Source of the DNA: Paecilomyces variotii
Lineage: Eukaryota
DNA: 64,000 nucleotides
Reading direction: 5' to 3' (one strand)
NCBI GenBank assembly: GCA_004022145.1
Contig: RCNU01000002.1
Under the pieces are notes generated by a model that saw only the letters and a list, made by a program, of their open reading frames with translations, had not been told where the DNA came from and made no database searches. The stretch's first letter is position 1. Every line of letters starts with the position of its first letter. The position numbers and the translations under genes were made by a program. This document shows positions 1 through 16,729 of this stretch, in pieces.

Positions 1-1510
<1,510 letters not shown>

Positions 1511-2300
1511 GGTGCCTATCGGAGAATTAACATAATGTTGCCATTCTTATTTTGTTCCCTTCCTTTCCATTTTCTCTCGAAAGTCAATCAAGGTAGAAAG
1601 CAAGACTACAGAGGTGACCATTGGCCTGGGTGATTGATCTGGTTTCAGGTGGGGAGAGCAGGTCATGGGGAGCTCATTTTCTCTATCATTTGGCTCGTTA
1701 ACAATGGGAGCTCCAATTTCGAGGTACCACCTTTATTTGTCTCTTTGGTATACTCTTCACCATACCGCGCGGTGTTCACAAGCGTTGAAACTCAGGTTGG
1801 GCGTTTTTTTCTCTTCTTCGATTCTTGAGTTCATGAATATAAGTAACGTCTGGATTCGCGTCCTCTTTTCATTTTTTCTTTACATTTCTTGGTTCCCATA
1901 TTTTCTGTTCATGGGTAGAACCAACTGATCTCACTTCTTCAACTGGTTAAATGGGCGCAGACAAATAAAAGAAAAACTATGATCATTGCAGATGAAAAAT
2001 ATCAAAGAAATTAGAAGCTCTGAAAAGGTACTCTAAAAATTCGTGGTCAACTTACATGACGCTAGTTTCGAAGATGCTAACGTACTGTGTTATACAGTAG
2101 AGAGAGTCATATATTAGGACTCACCTAGGCGGCCCTTCATAGAGCTGTCTAGACCACGAGCTTTATGCATGAATCAGTCTATACATAGGTGTCTAGACAC
2201 TCTAGCCCCGATAGGCAGTAATATAGTATATACACACTACCGGTTCCGTCCACTATATACTTAAGTATGAACCACGAAGAAGAAGAAGAAGAAGAAGCAT

Positions 2301-4178
2301 CTACGCCTTCCAGTTCTTGAAGTCACGAAGCCATTTCTGAACCGTGCGAATCTCCCAGTAATGAGCCTCGCGGATGAACTGAGGTTCTGCATCAACATCG
2401 AGAATGCCGTAGCTGTTATTCTGTTAGCAATGGGTGTCCCTCCCCCTTCTCCTTACGAAGTTGGGGTTGTAATTAATATTAATTAATATTGCTTGCTATT
2501 CTGCATGCTACTCACCTATCCCAATGATGGCCAGCGCCATTGATTAGCAATTCTGGGTGTTTGTTGGTAGAGTATCGTTGCGGGGCATCTTTGCTATGAT
2601 AACATAGTTGGTTCCAGACGTCGGAGCCTGGGTGTTATATAGTTAATCATCTTTTCTCTCATTCTTTGATAACTATGTTTCTGGCCACTGTATAAAAATA
2701 CAGGGATGGAAAGGAAAGTGAAAGAAAAGAAAAGAGCATGTATGAATGAATACACTTACTACCATCAATAAAAGCCAATCTATCCGCACTGATATTGAAC
2801 CCGCCGTATCTATTCCAATAATTCAAATCAGGCGTAGACGGAATACTATTATACTTGCCCTTGGGAAAAGCCCATTCGCACCACTCCTGCGTATAATTAA
2901 CCTGAAGGACTCTTGAGATCAAGCTCGGTCCCGAAGCCGGCGCGACTTGATAAGCACCCTGCTCGACGCACGTCGTATATAGATAACTCCTCGTTGCGGA
3001 ATTACTCGTGTCTGCCCAGAAACTGCGGTTCTGGGTACCAAAGCATGCGCTGCTATCGTACTCGCCGCTCGGGCAGAGGGGTAAAACGACGTTCTTGACG
3101 TAGTTGGCGTAGTTTCCTAGATTCGTCCATGGCTCCCCGTTCGTGTAATTAGCTAGCTCGTAGTCGATGGCTGTGATATTGTCCGGCGCGTTGATGTCGG
3201 TTACGTTTCGGCAGAAATTGAAGAAATCCTCCGACCCATAGGTCGAGTTCCAGTTGAGCTCTTGCCAGGTGTTGGTTGGGTAAATGAATGGACCACCGAT
3301 GGGGAAGGCGATGGTTTGCGCGAAGTCGCGGATGTCTTTGAGCGCTTCGAGGCCGAAGATCCGCTTGAGATGATTGATGGCGGAGTGCGCGTTGTTCGCG
3401 ACCAGATGGTCGATCTTGTCGATAATGGCGTTGATGCTGGCGACACAGTCCTGGGGAGCATAGAGCTGGATCGGATAGTACCACTCGGGGTATGCTAGTT
3501 TGCCTATGATGGGAGCGCTGCTTGCGATGCCGCCATAGAGCGTATTGCCATATGTGACGAGCGAGAACGCCGTCTGGGCTCCAGCCAAACTGCCCCCGTA
3601 GAGAATCCAGGGCGTTTGGGGCGCAGTCAGGTCCGCGTCAATGCCTGGGAATTGGACATGTTGTGCAAAATACTGGTTATCAGCGATGGTCTGCTCTTGA
3701 GTTAAATACGCAAGCTCGTCGATCGTGCTGGTGTTGAACGGATAGCTTTCCCCATAGTAGCGGTTCTCCAAGATCACACCGAGGCCATTGGTCGCTTGCA
3801 TCAATATCTGGATGATGCCCGTCTGGAGATTGGAGTAGCGACTCTCGGCCGATGTCTCCCCGCCGATGTACAGGAAGACAGGCCCGCCAGGCTTGTAATA
3901 AGTGTCGTCGAACACATACCGCTGCTTAAAAGTGCCGTTGGTATGTGGTGCATAGCGCGTGCTGTTGGGGAAATGATCGATCTGAAAAGGTCGTCAATGG
4001 TGCTAGCACTTCTTGGAATTGAGATCACAGTCCTTATCCTCCACCAACTTACCGGCTGGTCGAAGGTGTACGGCGTGTAGGAAGTCGGCCTGGGGACACT
4101 GGTAGACTGAGTCGTCGTCGTCGTCGTCGCAGCGGTCAGACCCAGCAGGGTTGTCGCAAGGAGCACGAGCAGATGCAT
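2301..4178 (-). CDS. Secreted serine peptidase, family S28 (prolyl carboxypeptidase/endoprotease-like), 4 exons
   Basis: Signal peptide MHLLVLLATTLLGLTAA, then FDQP|IDHFP, GGPVFLYIGGE, LENRYYGES and catalytic GGSLAG. C-terminal exons give SDVWNQL and GAGHHWD before the TAG at 2301-2303. Confidence 0.92.
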
Positions 4179-5198
4179 ATTGTCGTATCTAGTTACACAA
4201 GAAGCAACAGAGCTAGAACGGGTCAATCTTATTATATAGCTACGGAGTATTACTACGCAGTAATCGCCAACTGACTACCGTGTATGTATGGCATTACCAA
4301 GAATTGAGACTCATACCAGCCGGGAATGGAAGGGAACTACTGCAAGATGACCTGCAGTTTCGGGTAAGATGTGCTCGTGGGACGACTGACAATCATCGAA
4401 TTACAGGCCCGTTAAGTCTGCAGTGGAGGAACTTTCGGATCGTATCTCATAGCCAGGGTGACATCGGGCCAAGTCAATGTCGGTATAGCTGATTCGTGTA
4501 CTAAACTACCGCTTCCAAAAGAGACGATGGCATTGCATGCTCCAGTTAGACACATCTCGTCTTACGTGATATCGATGCTCTTCTCCGTCAAGTCAACTCG
4601 ATGCTTAGCGCGGGACTTCGACCGGTTATTGTCGGATTTGGAGTGCAATTCGGATCTTCGGGCTACAAGTTGCAAGCTGAACTGATTGACGGACAGGTAG
4701 ATAGGATGATATGGATAAAAAACAAAGGTCGCTTCCCTTGGCAGATAGGTAGAAAAACGCGAGGAACCACTTTCAAAGTCTCCTTTTTTTTATTGTTATT
4801 TCTTTAGCGCTTATCTATAAACGTAATAATAAGCATGTGTATTGTTAACTTATCGGCAAAAAGTCCATAAAAGATAGTCCATCTCTAAATAACTTATCGG
4901 AGTATAAAAGTAGTCGTTAACCGTGAGTAGAACGTAAGAATGTACTGTACCCTGCCCTATCATTTCCCTCCCTTCCTCCTTTCCAAGAAGATCTCCCAAG
5001 ACAGATCCAAGACAAGGAACTAGACGACAATGCAATGTATAGAACATTGAAAAAGATCCCGCCACATCCAAAAAACGCCCTCGATGTGGTATCCGGAAAC
5101 AATGTGCAAAAGTGATTGAACAGACAGAATGAATCGCAGTCCAATGACTCCAACATTCCAATCCGAAAGCAACCCAAAAGAGAAAAGATTTATCCGCA

Positions 5199-8100
5199 TC
5201 ACTCGATACCCTTACGCCGCTGGCTTTCCCTCCTCTTGATCAATTCGCTCTTAGCTCGTCGGAGGCCATCGCCTATTTTCCGAGCCTTGCTCCATTCTTG
5301 GCTCATGTTCTTCATCCGTACGGTAGCCATGACCGCAGAGATTACTGTTCGAAGTTTCCGGCGAGGGTCGCCCATCTTCTTACGATCGGGAGCCCTGATG
5401 CCCATCTCCGCAATCATTCGGAGATCGGCTTCGTTACTGTAGCACAGAGATTAGCAGGGAAGCACCAAACAAATGCCCATGCAGAGCCGCGCGCGACATA
5501 CCAAGCAACCCTAACTCGTTCTCCCAACTCCATCAGTCCCTTACTCCAGGCAAGATCACGACGGAACTTCTCTTCTCTCTTCAGCCTAGCTCTCAGCCAA
5601 AGTATCTCCTTGCCGAGACCACGAATCTCTTTTTCATGTTTGCCTTTCCGGTCTCCCTTCGTATGACTTTCCATTGCTTGTTCATAGCGATCCTGTAGTG
5701 CCTCAAGCTCTCGAGCAATTGAATCAGCTCGCTTGATGGAGGAGGCACGTTCCTCACGGATTCGTCGCAGCTGCGCCTTCAATTCATTCACGCGAGCATC
5801 TCGCTCAGAGAGCTTAAGAGCTAGAGATTCTGCTTCAATAGTCGATGACTTAAGAAGCTCGTTGAGATCTTTCTGGTCTTCTTCCCTGAGGGCAGCGCGT
5901 TCGAGTTCACGGTTCTTCTCCTTCAAGCGCCTCATAGCTTTCAGCGCATCTGAGAGTTGGCTCCGGAGTTTCCGTAGTTCCTCCTGGACTTTATCGGAAG
6001 GAGAAGACTGCGGGGAGTGAGATTCGAATTTCCTCATCTGCAGATCATGTAGCTCCCGCTCAAGTTCCGCAATACGGGTCTTAAAGTCGCGGATAGACGA
6101 CTTATGGTCAGCTTCTCTCTGGAGCAAGGTCTTTTCTCTCTTGCGAGCTTCATCCAGACTGTGACGGAGCACTGACACGTCCGCCGCAGCGGTGGAAACG
6201 TCATTATCGATAGCTGACTGCTGAGAGAGATGTGTCTCCAGTTCCTGTACACGCTTTTCGAGGCGTTGCACCTTGCTTCTAGCTGAAACCAGCTCGCGTT
6301 CTCTGCTGTTCGATTTTTCGAGCAACTTGTCCTGGAGTTTGTCAATTTCAGTCGATAGACGGCTTTCCTCTGCTGTTGCCCTTTCGATCTCCGAATTTAG
6401 CTCCTTCTCTATGGAATCCCTGGCCTCGACTAATGCCGCTCGTTCCTCCTTGAGCCTATTCACCTCGCTTTCTAGGCGCAGCTTCGATTTCCGTAGTTCG
6501 ATCTTCTCCTGGTCCAAGCGGTGAGTGTCGTCGAATTTGTTCTGACCACGGTCGACGTGACTTTGAAGCTCATCGCGTTCGGCTTCCACCTCAGCCAATG
6601 AGGCTCGAGTGTTGTGTAGGTCGATATTGACCTTGGCAAGTTGGTCACGAAGATTCTGCTTTTCGCTCAAGGCTTTATGCAACTGGTTTTCCAGATCAGA
6701 TGCACCTTTCTTCAACTGGCTCTTGGCATATTCTTGCTCCTCCTCCAGGCTTGCTTGAAGGAGCACAATCTCGTCTTCCAGAGCTTGCACTCTGTCTCTG
6801 AGGGCTGACTCTTCTCGCCTGGCGATCCGAAGTTCATCCTTGACAGAGAGAAGTTCGTTCCGCTGCTCGTCAAGAACCTGTCTCTTATTGACGATATCGT
6901 CGTTGAGTTCCCTCACCTGCCGGCTCAGCACGGCCTCCTCATGTAGATGTCGATCCTTCTCGCTGTCAATGACTTCCTGGAGCTTCGCTTCTCTCCCTGA
7001 GAGAGTTAGCTCAACATCTTGCAATTTCTCGATGGTGCGCTTGAAGCCAGCCGCTTGCTCCTCCGCTCTTTCTTTTTGGGACTGCAGTGTTCTCTTGGTG
7101 CTCTCCCATCGGTCCTGATCAAGCGCAAATTGGCCTTCCTTATCTTCTATCTCGTGCTGAAGAGACTCGATCTCTTCCTGAAGCCGCTCGATCTCCTCTT
7201 TATATTCGGCGTTAATAGCTTGGTTGTTGTCAAGAGCATGCTGTCGCTCATCTTCTAGCGCTTCTTCAAGCTCTCGGATCGTTGACTGTGCTTTCGCCAG
7301 CTCTCGCTGCAGGCTCGCAGACTCGTCAGTCAGTGCGGAATGCCGAGTCTTCAATAGCTCCTTTTCATCCGCCTTGCGGTGAACATCATCCAGGACATCT
7401 CTCAGGCGTACAGAGAGATCGCTTCGCTGTTGCTGAACCATCTCCCGTTCGCTTTTCACTCTTTCGAGTTCCTCCTGTAGCTTACGGTTCTCAGCGGTAA
7501 ATTCTTGCTGCATCTCTCGAAGTTGTTTCTCTAGATCAGCTTCGCGTCTGGCCTTGGTGCCGAGCTCTTCATTCAGATTGTCATGGTCTCTTCGCAGCTC
7601 CGCGAGCTCATCTTCCAATTTACTTGCCTTCTCCTCGAGTTGGCGGCTGAGCCCTCTTGTGTTGAAAGACTTGTTGGCCATCTCCTCCTGAAGCTCCCTC
7701 AGGTCCTCTTCGGCCTTCTGCTTCTCCTCCATTGCTTGATTTTGAGACTCCTTAGCTTCTTGTGCCTCAGACCTCGCTTTCTCAAGGCTTTCATGGAGCT
7801 CCTCAAGCTGCTCTTTTGCGCGCTCTAATTCCGCTTCCAGTTCCGCGGCAGCTTCGTTTTCTTTCCCATCTCTTTCCTTCAGATTGTCAATTTCTTCCTC
7901 GCGTTCATCGATAATCCGATCTTTTTCTCGGACGCTTGCTTCAAGATCCTCAATCTCGTCCCGAAGTCGTTCGATCTCCTCTGATTGCTTGTCTTTGGCC
8001 TCTTTAAGCTCTTCCTGAAGCTTCTTGACCTGATTCCCTCTATTCTCGACCTCTTCGCGCATCCATTCCATTTCGCGTCGTCCTTCCTCATCGAGCTGTC

Positions 8101-9052
8101 TTTTCTTGGCCTTGTCTCGAAGCTCCTGAAGTTGCAGACGATATGCTTCGAGGTCGCGCTCTGCTTGGAGAAGGTTCTTCTTGTATCTGGCAATATCTCT
8201 CTGCATCGTGATTTTGGTGACCTTCAGCTCCGTATTTTCTTGGAGAGCGGCTTGATTATATTCGGGACCAGCTTTCTGTAGTTGCTCCTGCAGGTAGTGG
8301 ATCTTCAATTTCAAGCCAAAGTTATCCTTGTCTAGCTTGTCGATTATCTGCGCGTTTTTTCACATGGTGTCAGTAGTGTTCTTCCAGCCAGACGTTATCC
8401 ACGTTGATTTCCGCAGATGTCGGCATCAACCTCTTACCTTTTCCTGCTCCTTCAATGTCATCATATTTTGACCATCACTGACTACACCTCCATCTCTTCC
8501 CGGAAGCATTGGTAAGGGAGTGCTTTGCGCACTACTGCTTGCAACCTCCTGAGGGAGAGGTGTCACGTCATCTGTGGCGGTCGCATCGTCACCGTAGATA
8601 TCCGTCATGTCTATGGGCGGCAGTCCGGGCGTATTAGCGTTGCTTCGATAGCTGGCTCTTAGGTATGCGGGAGTTTGCGGCACGCCATTCCCTCGCGCAG
8701 CAGACATATTTCGCAGATAATTATTCCTCGTCGCGCTCTTCATCATTGGCGTGAATTCGCCCTTGGGAGGCGCTGCTGATGGCAGATTTCTTCGATGGTC
8801 CAATGCATTTCGGGTCGTCTTTGGTCCAGAGCCTGCGCGCGGCGTCCTGAGGCTGAAACCGCTCGAACCGCGTCGTCGTCCATTTTCCATTGACTTGATA
8901 ATATCATCCTCCTTTGATGGCGTCTGAAATGAATTTTCTACCGATTCCAGTGCAGACAGATGAGATCTGGCGACACTCCGTAAACCGTTGGTCATGTAAG
9001 TCGCGTTTCCGTCGACTTCGGTGCGCGGCGTGTCGATGTAGGGCAGCGCCAT
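5199..9052 (-). CDS. pcpA: Spindle pole body protein Pcp1/PcpA (CM1 motif, long coiled coil, C-terminal PACT domain). Exons 9052-8438, 8347-5502, 5436-5199
   Basis: CM1-like LKEQEK|IIDKLDKDNFGLKLKIHYL; about 900 aa of heptad coiled coil; PACT-like REEKFRRDLAWSK...CNEADLRMIAEMG...KLRTVISAVMATVRM. Confidence 0.9.
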
Positions 9053-9409
9053 GGTGGGCGCCGGAGCACTAAACGCGTATTATCACGATGATCGGGGTTC
9101 GATATCAAAAGACACAGCGCATAACCATGGCCGCAATTGCCCTGTAAAAGTAAGATATACGGAGGCAGAATGTAATCAAGTTCATTTAGTGGGAAAGACG
9201 TGTTTGGGCAGAGCGGGCGCAGGCGTGTATGGCGGCCCGTTGTTGAATTCTAGCCGGATCCGGACTAGCTCGCTGCGGAGCTTCGAGGGCAGAAAAAGCA
9301 TGCGGGCCGACTGTTTCTCCGGATATCAGTATGCCTGCGGGAATATTATTGTATGAAGTCATTCCATACGGATCGGGGGTTGGATATTGTCAATCATTTT
9401 GCGCTCAAG

Positions 9410-11361
9410 ATGGCGCCTATGTCGCAGGAGGACCTCGAGTGGTTCAAGTCCACTTTCCATCCGATTCCTAAACCCCAGCTGCCGGACGACAGCGTGGAAT
9501 ACTCGCTATATCTTATTCCCTCCGGCCCCGCCCCCGCCGCCGCCGAGGAAGCTGCTGAAACACGGTCGCGTCTGCACGAAGTCCAGAAGACGGCGTCTGA
9601 ACTCACGAAGACCTTGTTGAAGGATTATATCTGGCAGCGAGATGCCTTCAGTCTGGAGATTGCCAAAGAAAATGGTAAGGAGTCTGCTGTTGCATTCCGC
9701 CAACGGTGGCGAGAACCGAAGCTGACATATATCTACTACTAGGTATTACACTACTGCGAGGGCGAACAAACTATGGAGACTCTATTGAAGATGAATGGGT
9801 CATTGTGTATATCCTACGCGAACTGACGAGAAGGCACAAGGATCTCTGGGTCAAGGTCGTAGACAGTGATGGCGAATTCCTTCTTGTCGAAGCCTCTGGT
9901 ACTCTGCCAGCATGGTTAGAACCCGAAGTTGCAGACAATCGAGTGAGTCTATGAAAAGCGGTATTTGGCAGAGCATATCGAAACTAATGCTGGAAATAGG
10001 TGTGGATCCATGATGGCGAATTGGTGATCATACGACCGAAGCAGGAGCCGAAAGGCTCCAAGAGAACAACGGAAAAGATATCGCTCGAGGAATCCAGACG
10101 AATTATACGGGAAGAGCCGAAGCGACTTATGCGGTCTGCGATGATACAGGAAGAAGCGTTCTATAGGCTACGGAACTATCCCAAGCAGATCAGTGAAAAT
10201 CTTCACTCCGCTTTGGTGACTCTTCCACGAAAAGTTGCGTACTTGCTGCATCAGAAACCTGCATACGTTTCTCCTGCAGTTGAAACTTTCTACCTCAGAG
10301 ATCCAATAGCTCTTCGACCACTCTGTGCCAAAGACCAAAACAACTTAATATTCAAACCGGATGATCTTGTAACGGTTAGCGTGCGGTTCACGAGAGTGGG
10401 ATATGCACAGCTGAAGAGCCAGGACTTTCCCGTCCCTCAAAGTTGGATAGGAAAACTACCACCGAAGACAGACCAAAAAGCGTACGACCGTGCGGAGTTG
10501 GGGATGAAATTGTCTTGTGGGTTCGAGATGCTACTCTCCGACCCGCAGAATCAGGACAAAGTGTCTGTGCGGGAAATTAAACTATTGCTGGAAGACGTCA
10601 GTACTGGAGATGAGCAGCTGCCGACAGACGCTGAGATCGCGAAGTGGGATAAGCGGGAAGATGACGAAAAGTGGTTGGATATCAACTATGAGGATCTGGA
10701 AGGGGAGCTAAGAGGGAAAGCTAAAGGAGAGGGTGCCGACAAGCCAGGAGCCTTCGGTGATGCAAGCGCTCAGGAGAATCTGCAGCGCATCGTTGCTCGT
10801 TTCGAACAATTCCTGAATGATGAAGCTGCTGATTTCGAAGGTGCTGATCTTATCAACGAGTTTGATTCTGACGATGATGACGACGATGACGGTGACGACC
10901 TCAGCAGCGACGGTGAAGACAAAGATGTATCGTTCGATGAGGAAGAATTCTCTAGGATGATGAAGGAGATGATGGGGTTGCCTTCAGGCTCCGAGCCCAA
11001 GGGTGCCTCCCGTCCAACGAACCAGCGCAACAGAGTAGAAGAGTTGGACGATGAGTCAGAAGATGATACAGAGCAGATTCAGGAGCTGTCACGGCAGATG
11101 GAAGCTGAGTTGAGAGGTACTGGCGTGCTTGACCTTAATCGCCGCTCTAAAGGCCAGCACCAATCTCTCAAGGGAAAAGGACGTTCTACGAGCAACGAAG
11201 GCGATAAGTCGGAAGACGAATTAAACACAGACGAAGATATCAACGTCAATCTCGCTAAGAATCTCCTCGAAAGTCTACAGAGCCAAGCCGGAGCAGCTGG
11301 TCCTGGCAGCAACATGCTTGGCATGCTAGGAATGCAGATGCCCAAAGATAACCGACGATAA
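9410..11361 (+). CDS. Ecdysoneless/SGT1 (Ecd) family protein, 3 exons
   Basis: YIWQRDAF, GRTNYGDSIEDEWVIVYILRELT, DSDGEFLLVEA..LPAWLEPE..DNRVWIHDG, FYLRDP, GMKLSCGFEML, NLAKNLLESLQSQAGAAGPGSNML. Introns at about 9674-9742 and 9943-9999. Confidence 0.92.
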
Positions 11362-11637
11362 TCGACCTACACCACTATTTGACGGGCTATGAATCTCCCT
11401 AAACCAGATATCATTTGGGCCAATTGTCTGGATCGAATTATCCACTAATACATCAGACTGGATATGCCAAACACGATTAATCTCGCTTTCCTTCATCATC
11501 CATGCTATGCAACTGCTTGTCTTGTTCCGCCATTGCAAGACCAAGCGTGAGTATCCAAATGCTCCGCCTCACAGATCATCAAATGGCCGGCAATAACCGC
11601 AAATAATCACATAAAGGAGAGCGGCTATGCAAGGACT

Positions 11638-11863
11638 CTAGTTCTGGGCGACGTTAACGTCAGCCGAGTTGAAAGGTACGACGTCGCCTTGCGTGGTCGT
11701 CATGGCAGGAGCGGTATCCGTTCGTTCTGTTTGCACCTGTTAGCACTCTATTCGAGCCCGGTTGTAAGCAAACCGGCAGCAGTGAACGCTTACCATGGGT
11801 AGTGATTGGAGCCGCAATAGCGACAGCTGCAAGGAGGGAAAAAATGGCGACGGTGAAACGCAT
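11638..11863 (-). CDS. Small secreted peptide, 52 aa: MRFTVAIFSLLAAVAIAAPITTHERTDTAPAMTTTQGDVVPFNSADVNVAQN. Exons 11863-11794 and 11726-11638
   Basis: Good start context (CAAAATG), hydrophobic signal peptide ending AIA-AP, 67-nt intron GTAAGC...GCTAAC...CAG that restores the frame to a TAG, and TATATAA about 230 bp upstream followed by a CT-rich leader. Confidence 0.75.
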
Positions 11864-13190
11864 TTTGGAAGATTTGAAATTTGGACTGGAGAGTATATGG
11901 CCTGAGTTCTGAAAGGAACGGCTTTTGGAGTTCGAGATAGAGAGCGAGAAAAGAAGTCGACCGGCGACAAATGAACACTGCGTACAGAAAGATTGACGGT
12001 GGACGAAAGAATAGGAGACTCCAAAGAATTGTAGAAGCTTGAGGGAGAAGGAAACTTGCTCTGGGAGTGTAAGAAATATACTTCCTGACAATTATATAGA
12101 CGGCCATCGGCCTCATAGAAGGCAGCACGCAATCAACAAGGAAAATGCTGTGTACGGCATAGCCCAAAATGGATGAATCAGGGAACTTTCCAATTCAGGT
12201 CTATACTACGACAGCCCCTGTGAGAGAAGCGTCACAAGCATTCGCTTATTACAGTATGATTCCTACTACATCTGGAAGTGGACTGGATGTGCCGGGCAGA
12301 AATGAATTTGGGGCGGTCCTTATGCGGATGGTTGCAGATACAAAATCAGTAATGGGCTGCGGATCGTCTGTTTGATGGACAGGGAGCTCTTGGTCTGTGC
12401 CTTAGCTGAGGATTGCGGCGTAGAGATCTGATACAGGTCTCAAGCGTCTCTGGATACTCGAGACCATGTCTGTCTGAGATCAAATGGACTCCTGCTTGGC
12501 AGGATCTTAACCTCTTATTGGTAACAACAGGATCGAAGCAAGATAAAATAAGATCTACATTCAATTAACAGGACTTCCCAGTCATTTCTTTTCATCGGGA
12601 TATGGATGATTTTTCCAAATAGTATACTTAGTCACCGCAATATACCAATTCGCCGCAGTCCGGTGCCCCAACAGCCAGTGGCAGCAGCTATTCCAGCTTC
12701 ACGCCCTGGACCAGACCGCTGTGGGTCATATAGACCAATATCAGTTAGCGAATAATGCCGCGTCATCGAGGTACGGGGATGAAAATCTTGCAAGACAGCG
12801 TACTTAGAATAGCATCGAGGAGAATTATGGTACGGTCCCAGGGGGCGATTCTGCTTTCTAGGCACCGCCAGGCGCTCAACGTCACCCGCAGCCCGGCCCG
12901 ATAAGCCCTCACGTGCGGGCTATCTCCCATTTCCCCTGGGTCCTCGCTTTCCCCTCGGTCGTCTGGAGTACGATCAACTCCACGGACGATCGGACAGCGT
13001 TGCACCGCTGCTCGAACCGTGAGGCTCAGCAGATCGAGGCCTATCCCCTTCGCTGGCTGGAACCTGCGGGTAGAAATCTTCTTTCGTTGTGATACTGCTA
13101 GCACCCCGGGATCTTCGTTCAGGCCCTCGTTGCTTGTATCACCGGCCCCCGCTTCTGCTCTGCTACCTCAGAACAACTCCAGCGGAGTAG

Positions 13191-14312
<1,122 letters not shown>

Positions 14313-16729
14313 TCCGATTCGGAAACTTATTTAGATGAGACATGACTGATGACGGGGTTTCAACGTTTAATTTGGAATTTGGAATTTGAACTTACTTTGA
14401 ACTTGTGCGCTGGCTATGAATGGAAGACGTAGGAAAGGCATCGTATTATTGAATACCAAGCTCCAGAGGCTCGCGTGTCATGAGATTGTATACGTGCAAG
14501 ATCCAGTGTTGAGTTTGTAATAGCAGAGCCAGGATATACAATTAAGGGGTCCACTCATGATATGTTTTGCATCTTGACAATTATCTGTTGGCATAGTGCT
14601 CAGAGGGACTGATGGAGTTCTCCTGTAGACGCGGAGTCTGAATCGAAGTTGACGTCTTGGACTTGAGATCAAGAAATTCAGTCTTGACAAAACAAGGTGT
14701 GTTTGATATCCTCAAGAGGTTCCTCGCAACAGCAACGCCAGGACACATCAAGAATGGGGATAAGAGACAGAATGAAGCGAAACAATGCAAATACAAGAAC
14801 TGAAGTGCGTTCTGCTAGATACAATGACTGGCAGTATCCCATGTCCATGAAGGCGGTGTTCTCTTGTCAGTGTTGAAGCCAGAAAACTCTAGAATATATA
14901 TGTTCCGGTACAGTGAAACTGCTATCTCGGAAGATATGAACAAAGAATGCCAGGGCCGTATTTAATCCATGGTTGAACAAACTAGAACCTGGAGATCCAG
15001 TAGGTTCTATTGACCAAGAAGGGTACCAGCGTTTGATAACTCTTATGCAAGCAAACTGCGAGCAGCGTCTAACATGCAGCAGTGAAATCGTATGACAATT
15101 TGGTAGGTCTCAAATAGGGCCGGCCCGTTCCTATAGAATCATCATTGCGGCATTTTGTCGTTGTTCCAAGGGTACGTAGCAGGATCGAGACTAACTATTA
15201 CACTATTACTTTCTGATTTCTCTCTTTCTTCCCTTTCCTGGAGAGACTCTCCGAAGTACCGTTGATTTCGATCGAACCAGTTGCAGCCTAGAAATATATC
15301 CCAAAAGAAGGAGGCATCTCAGGGCTTGCCAAAAAAGCGAGTCCATTTCCCTCAGCATGTCTCCATGCCAGGGGAAATCCTGCAGAGATTAGATAGATGC
15401 CATGTCTCATACGGTTAGATCTAGCGTATTCCCGAACCGAAGACAATGGTGGCGGTATCAAAAGAACTATGAACATAGAAGCGATTTGGGAGGGGAGATA
15501 ATCAATCGAATCCTATTAGACGCGGATATGGTAATAATGGCCAAAGGATGTTCTTTCGAGGACGGTCTCGATCTCGGATTGCGAGTAATATCTGTTTCTC
15601 GGTCGAATCCACTGGATGGAGAACCGAGGCTGATGGTGCAATGCAATGCAAGAACAAGGTCAAAAGACAGCAGGCTTTGCACTGACACCCGTGGTTCACT
15701 TGTAACATACTTGGTAACGTATTGTATTTAACTATCGCGTGGCTGATAATTGGTGCTGACTGTACCATACGCCGCTACCACGCCATTGCGATTATTGCTG
15801 TTCCCGACATGGAGACTATAAGTTTTCCCGATTATGTGTGTTTTTTTTTTTCTATCATAGCTAACTAGTTAAGTAAGTGGTGCTGTTGGATTAGAAATCG
15901 TTTCTGTGGAGTGGCACTAATCCAGACAAGGCCTGACCTTGGCTCAGCGCCTGAAATCCATAATCATAACTCGGTGGTTGGGGAGTGGAAGGTTGTTTCG
16001 AGGACTGCTATCTGGGAGCAGCCATCCACATCTGACCACGAGTCCATGGGAGGAACGAATGACGGAGCGGCTGAAAGTAGTCGGCTCAGTCGTGTTTCGT
16101 GAAAGCCAGAAAGCAGATTTCCAGCATATCCGTTTGCGTGCAGGAGGTCCGTGAGGGCGATCTGGAGGAAGCATGAATCTGATAGGGACATCGGGGACCT
16201 AGCAAGCTACCGGTAACGATGGAGCTGGCTGGTATGGTATGATATGGTGTATACAGTACGGTACAATACGGTATGGCGATCACAAGTGGACTACTGTACA
16301 GTACTACTAGTCTAGTTACTACTACTACAAAGAAACCTGGCCGTAAAATACAGAACTTACCATACCGCCCTGCCCCAGTTACCGTAAAACGCTCAACTGC
16401 CGCCAGCCCTTCCTATCGCTGTCTCGTACAGATCCCCGATTCCTCTCTGATCCGCTTTCTCTTTCTTTCCTTATCCTCTTGCTTGAGCCGCACTCTGGTC
16501 TCCCCACCATCCCGTCACTTGTCAGTCTTCACTGTTTCAATTCATTCGAATCCCTTTGTGACGGCAGACAATCTCTTTGCGGTTCGAGTCGAGTGACCAA
16601 CATTTCTTTCGTTGTTTCCCCGTCCGCCGTCCGATTCCTCCAATGAGTTGTTCGCATCCAACTCAACCGCCCTTCCGTCCTTGATAGACACGACTTTTCT
16701 CCCACGCCATCACCACCCGTCGCGTAGAC

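Noticed and set aside
9073-9078. Single MCB-like ACGCGT in the pcpA/ecd divergent promoter
   Set aside because: One hexamer only 20 bp from the ATG is too weak to support a regulatory call.
16231-16330. GTAT/GTAC/TAC-rich quasi-repeats upstream of kdmB
   Set aside because: Short degenerate low-complexity sequence with no repeat-spacer structure; at most ordinary promoter sequence.
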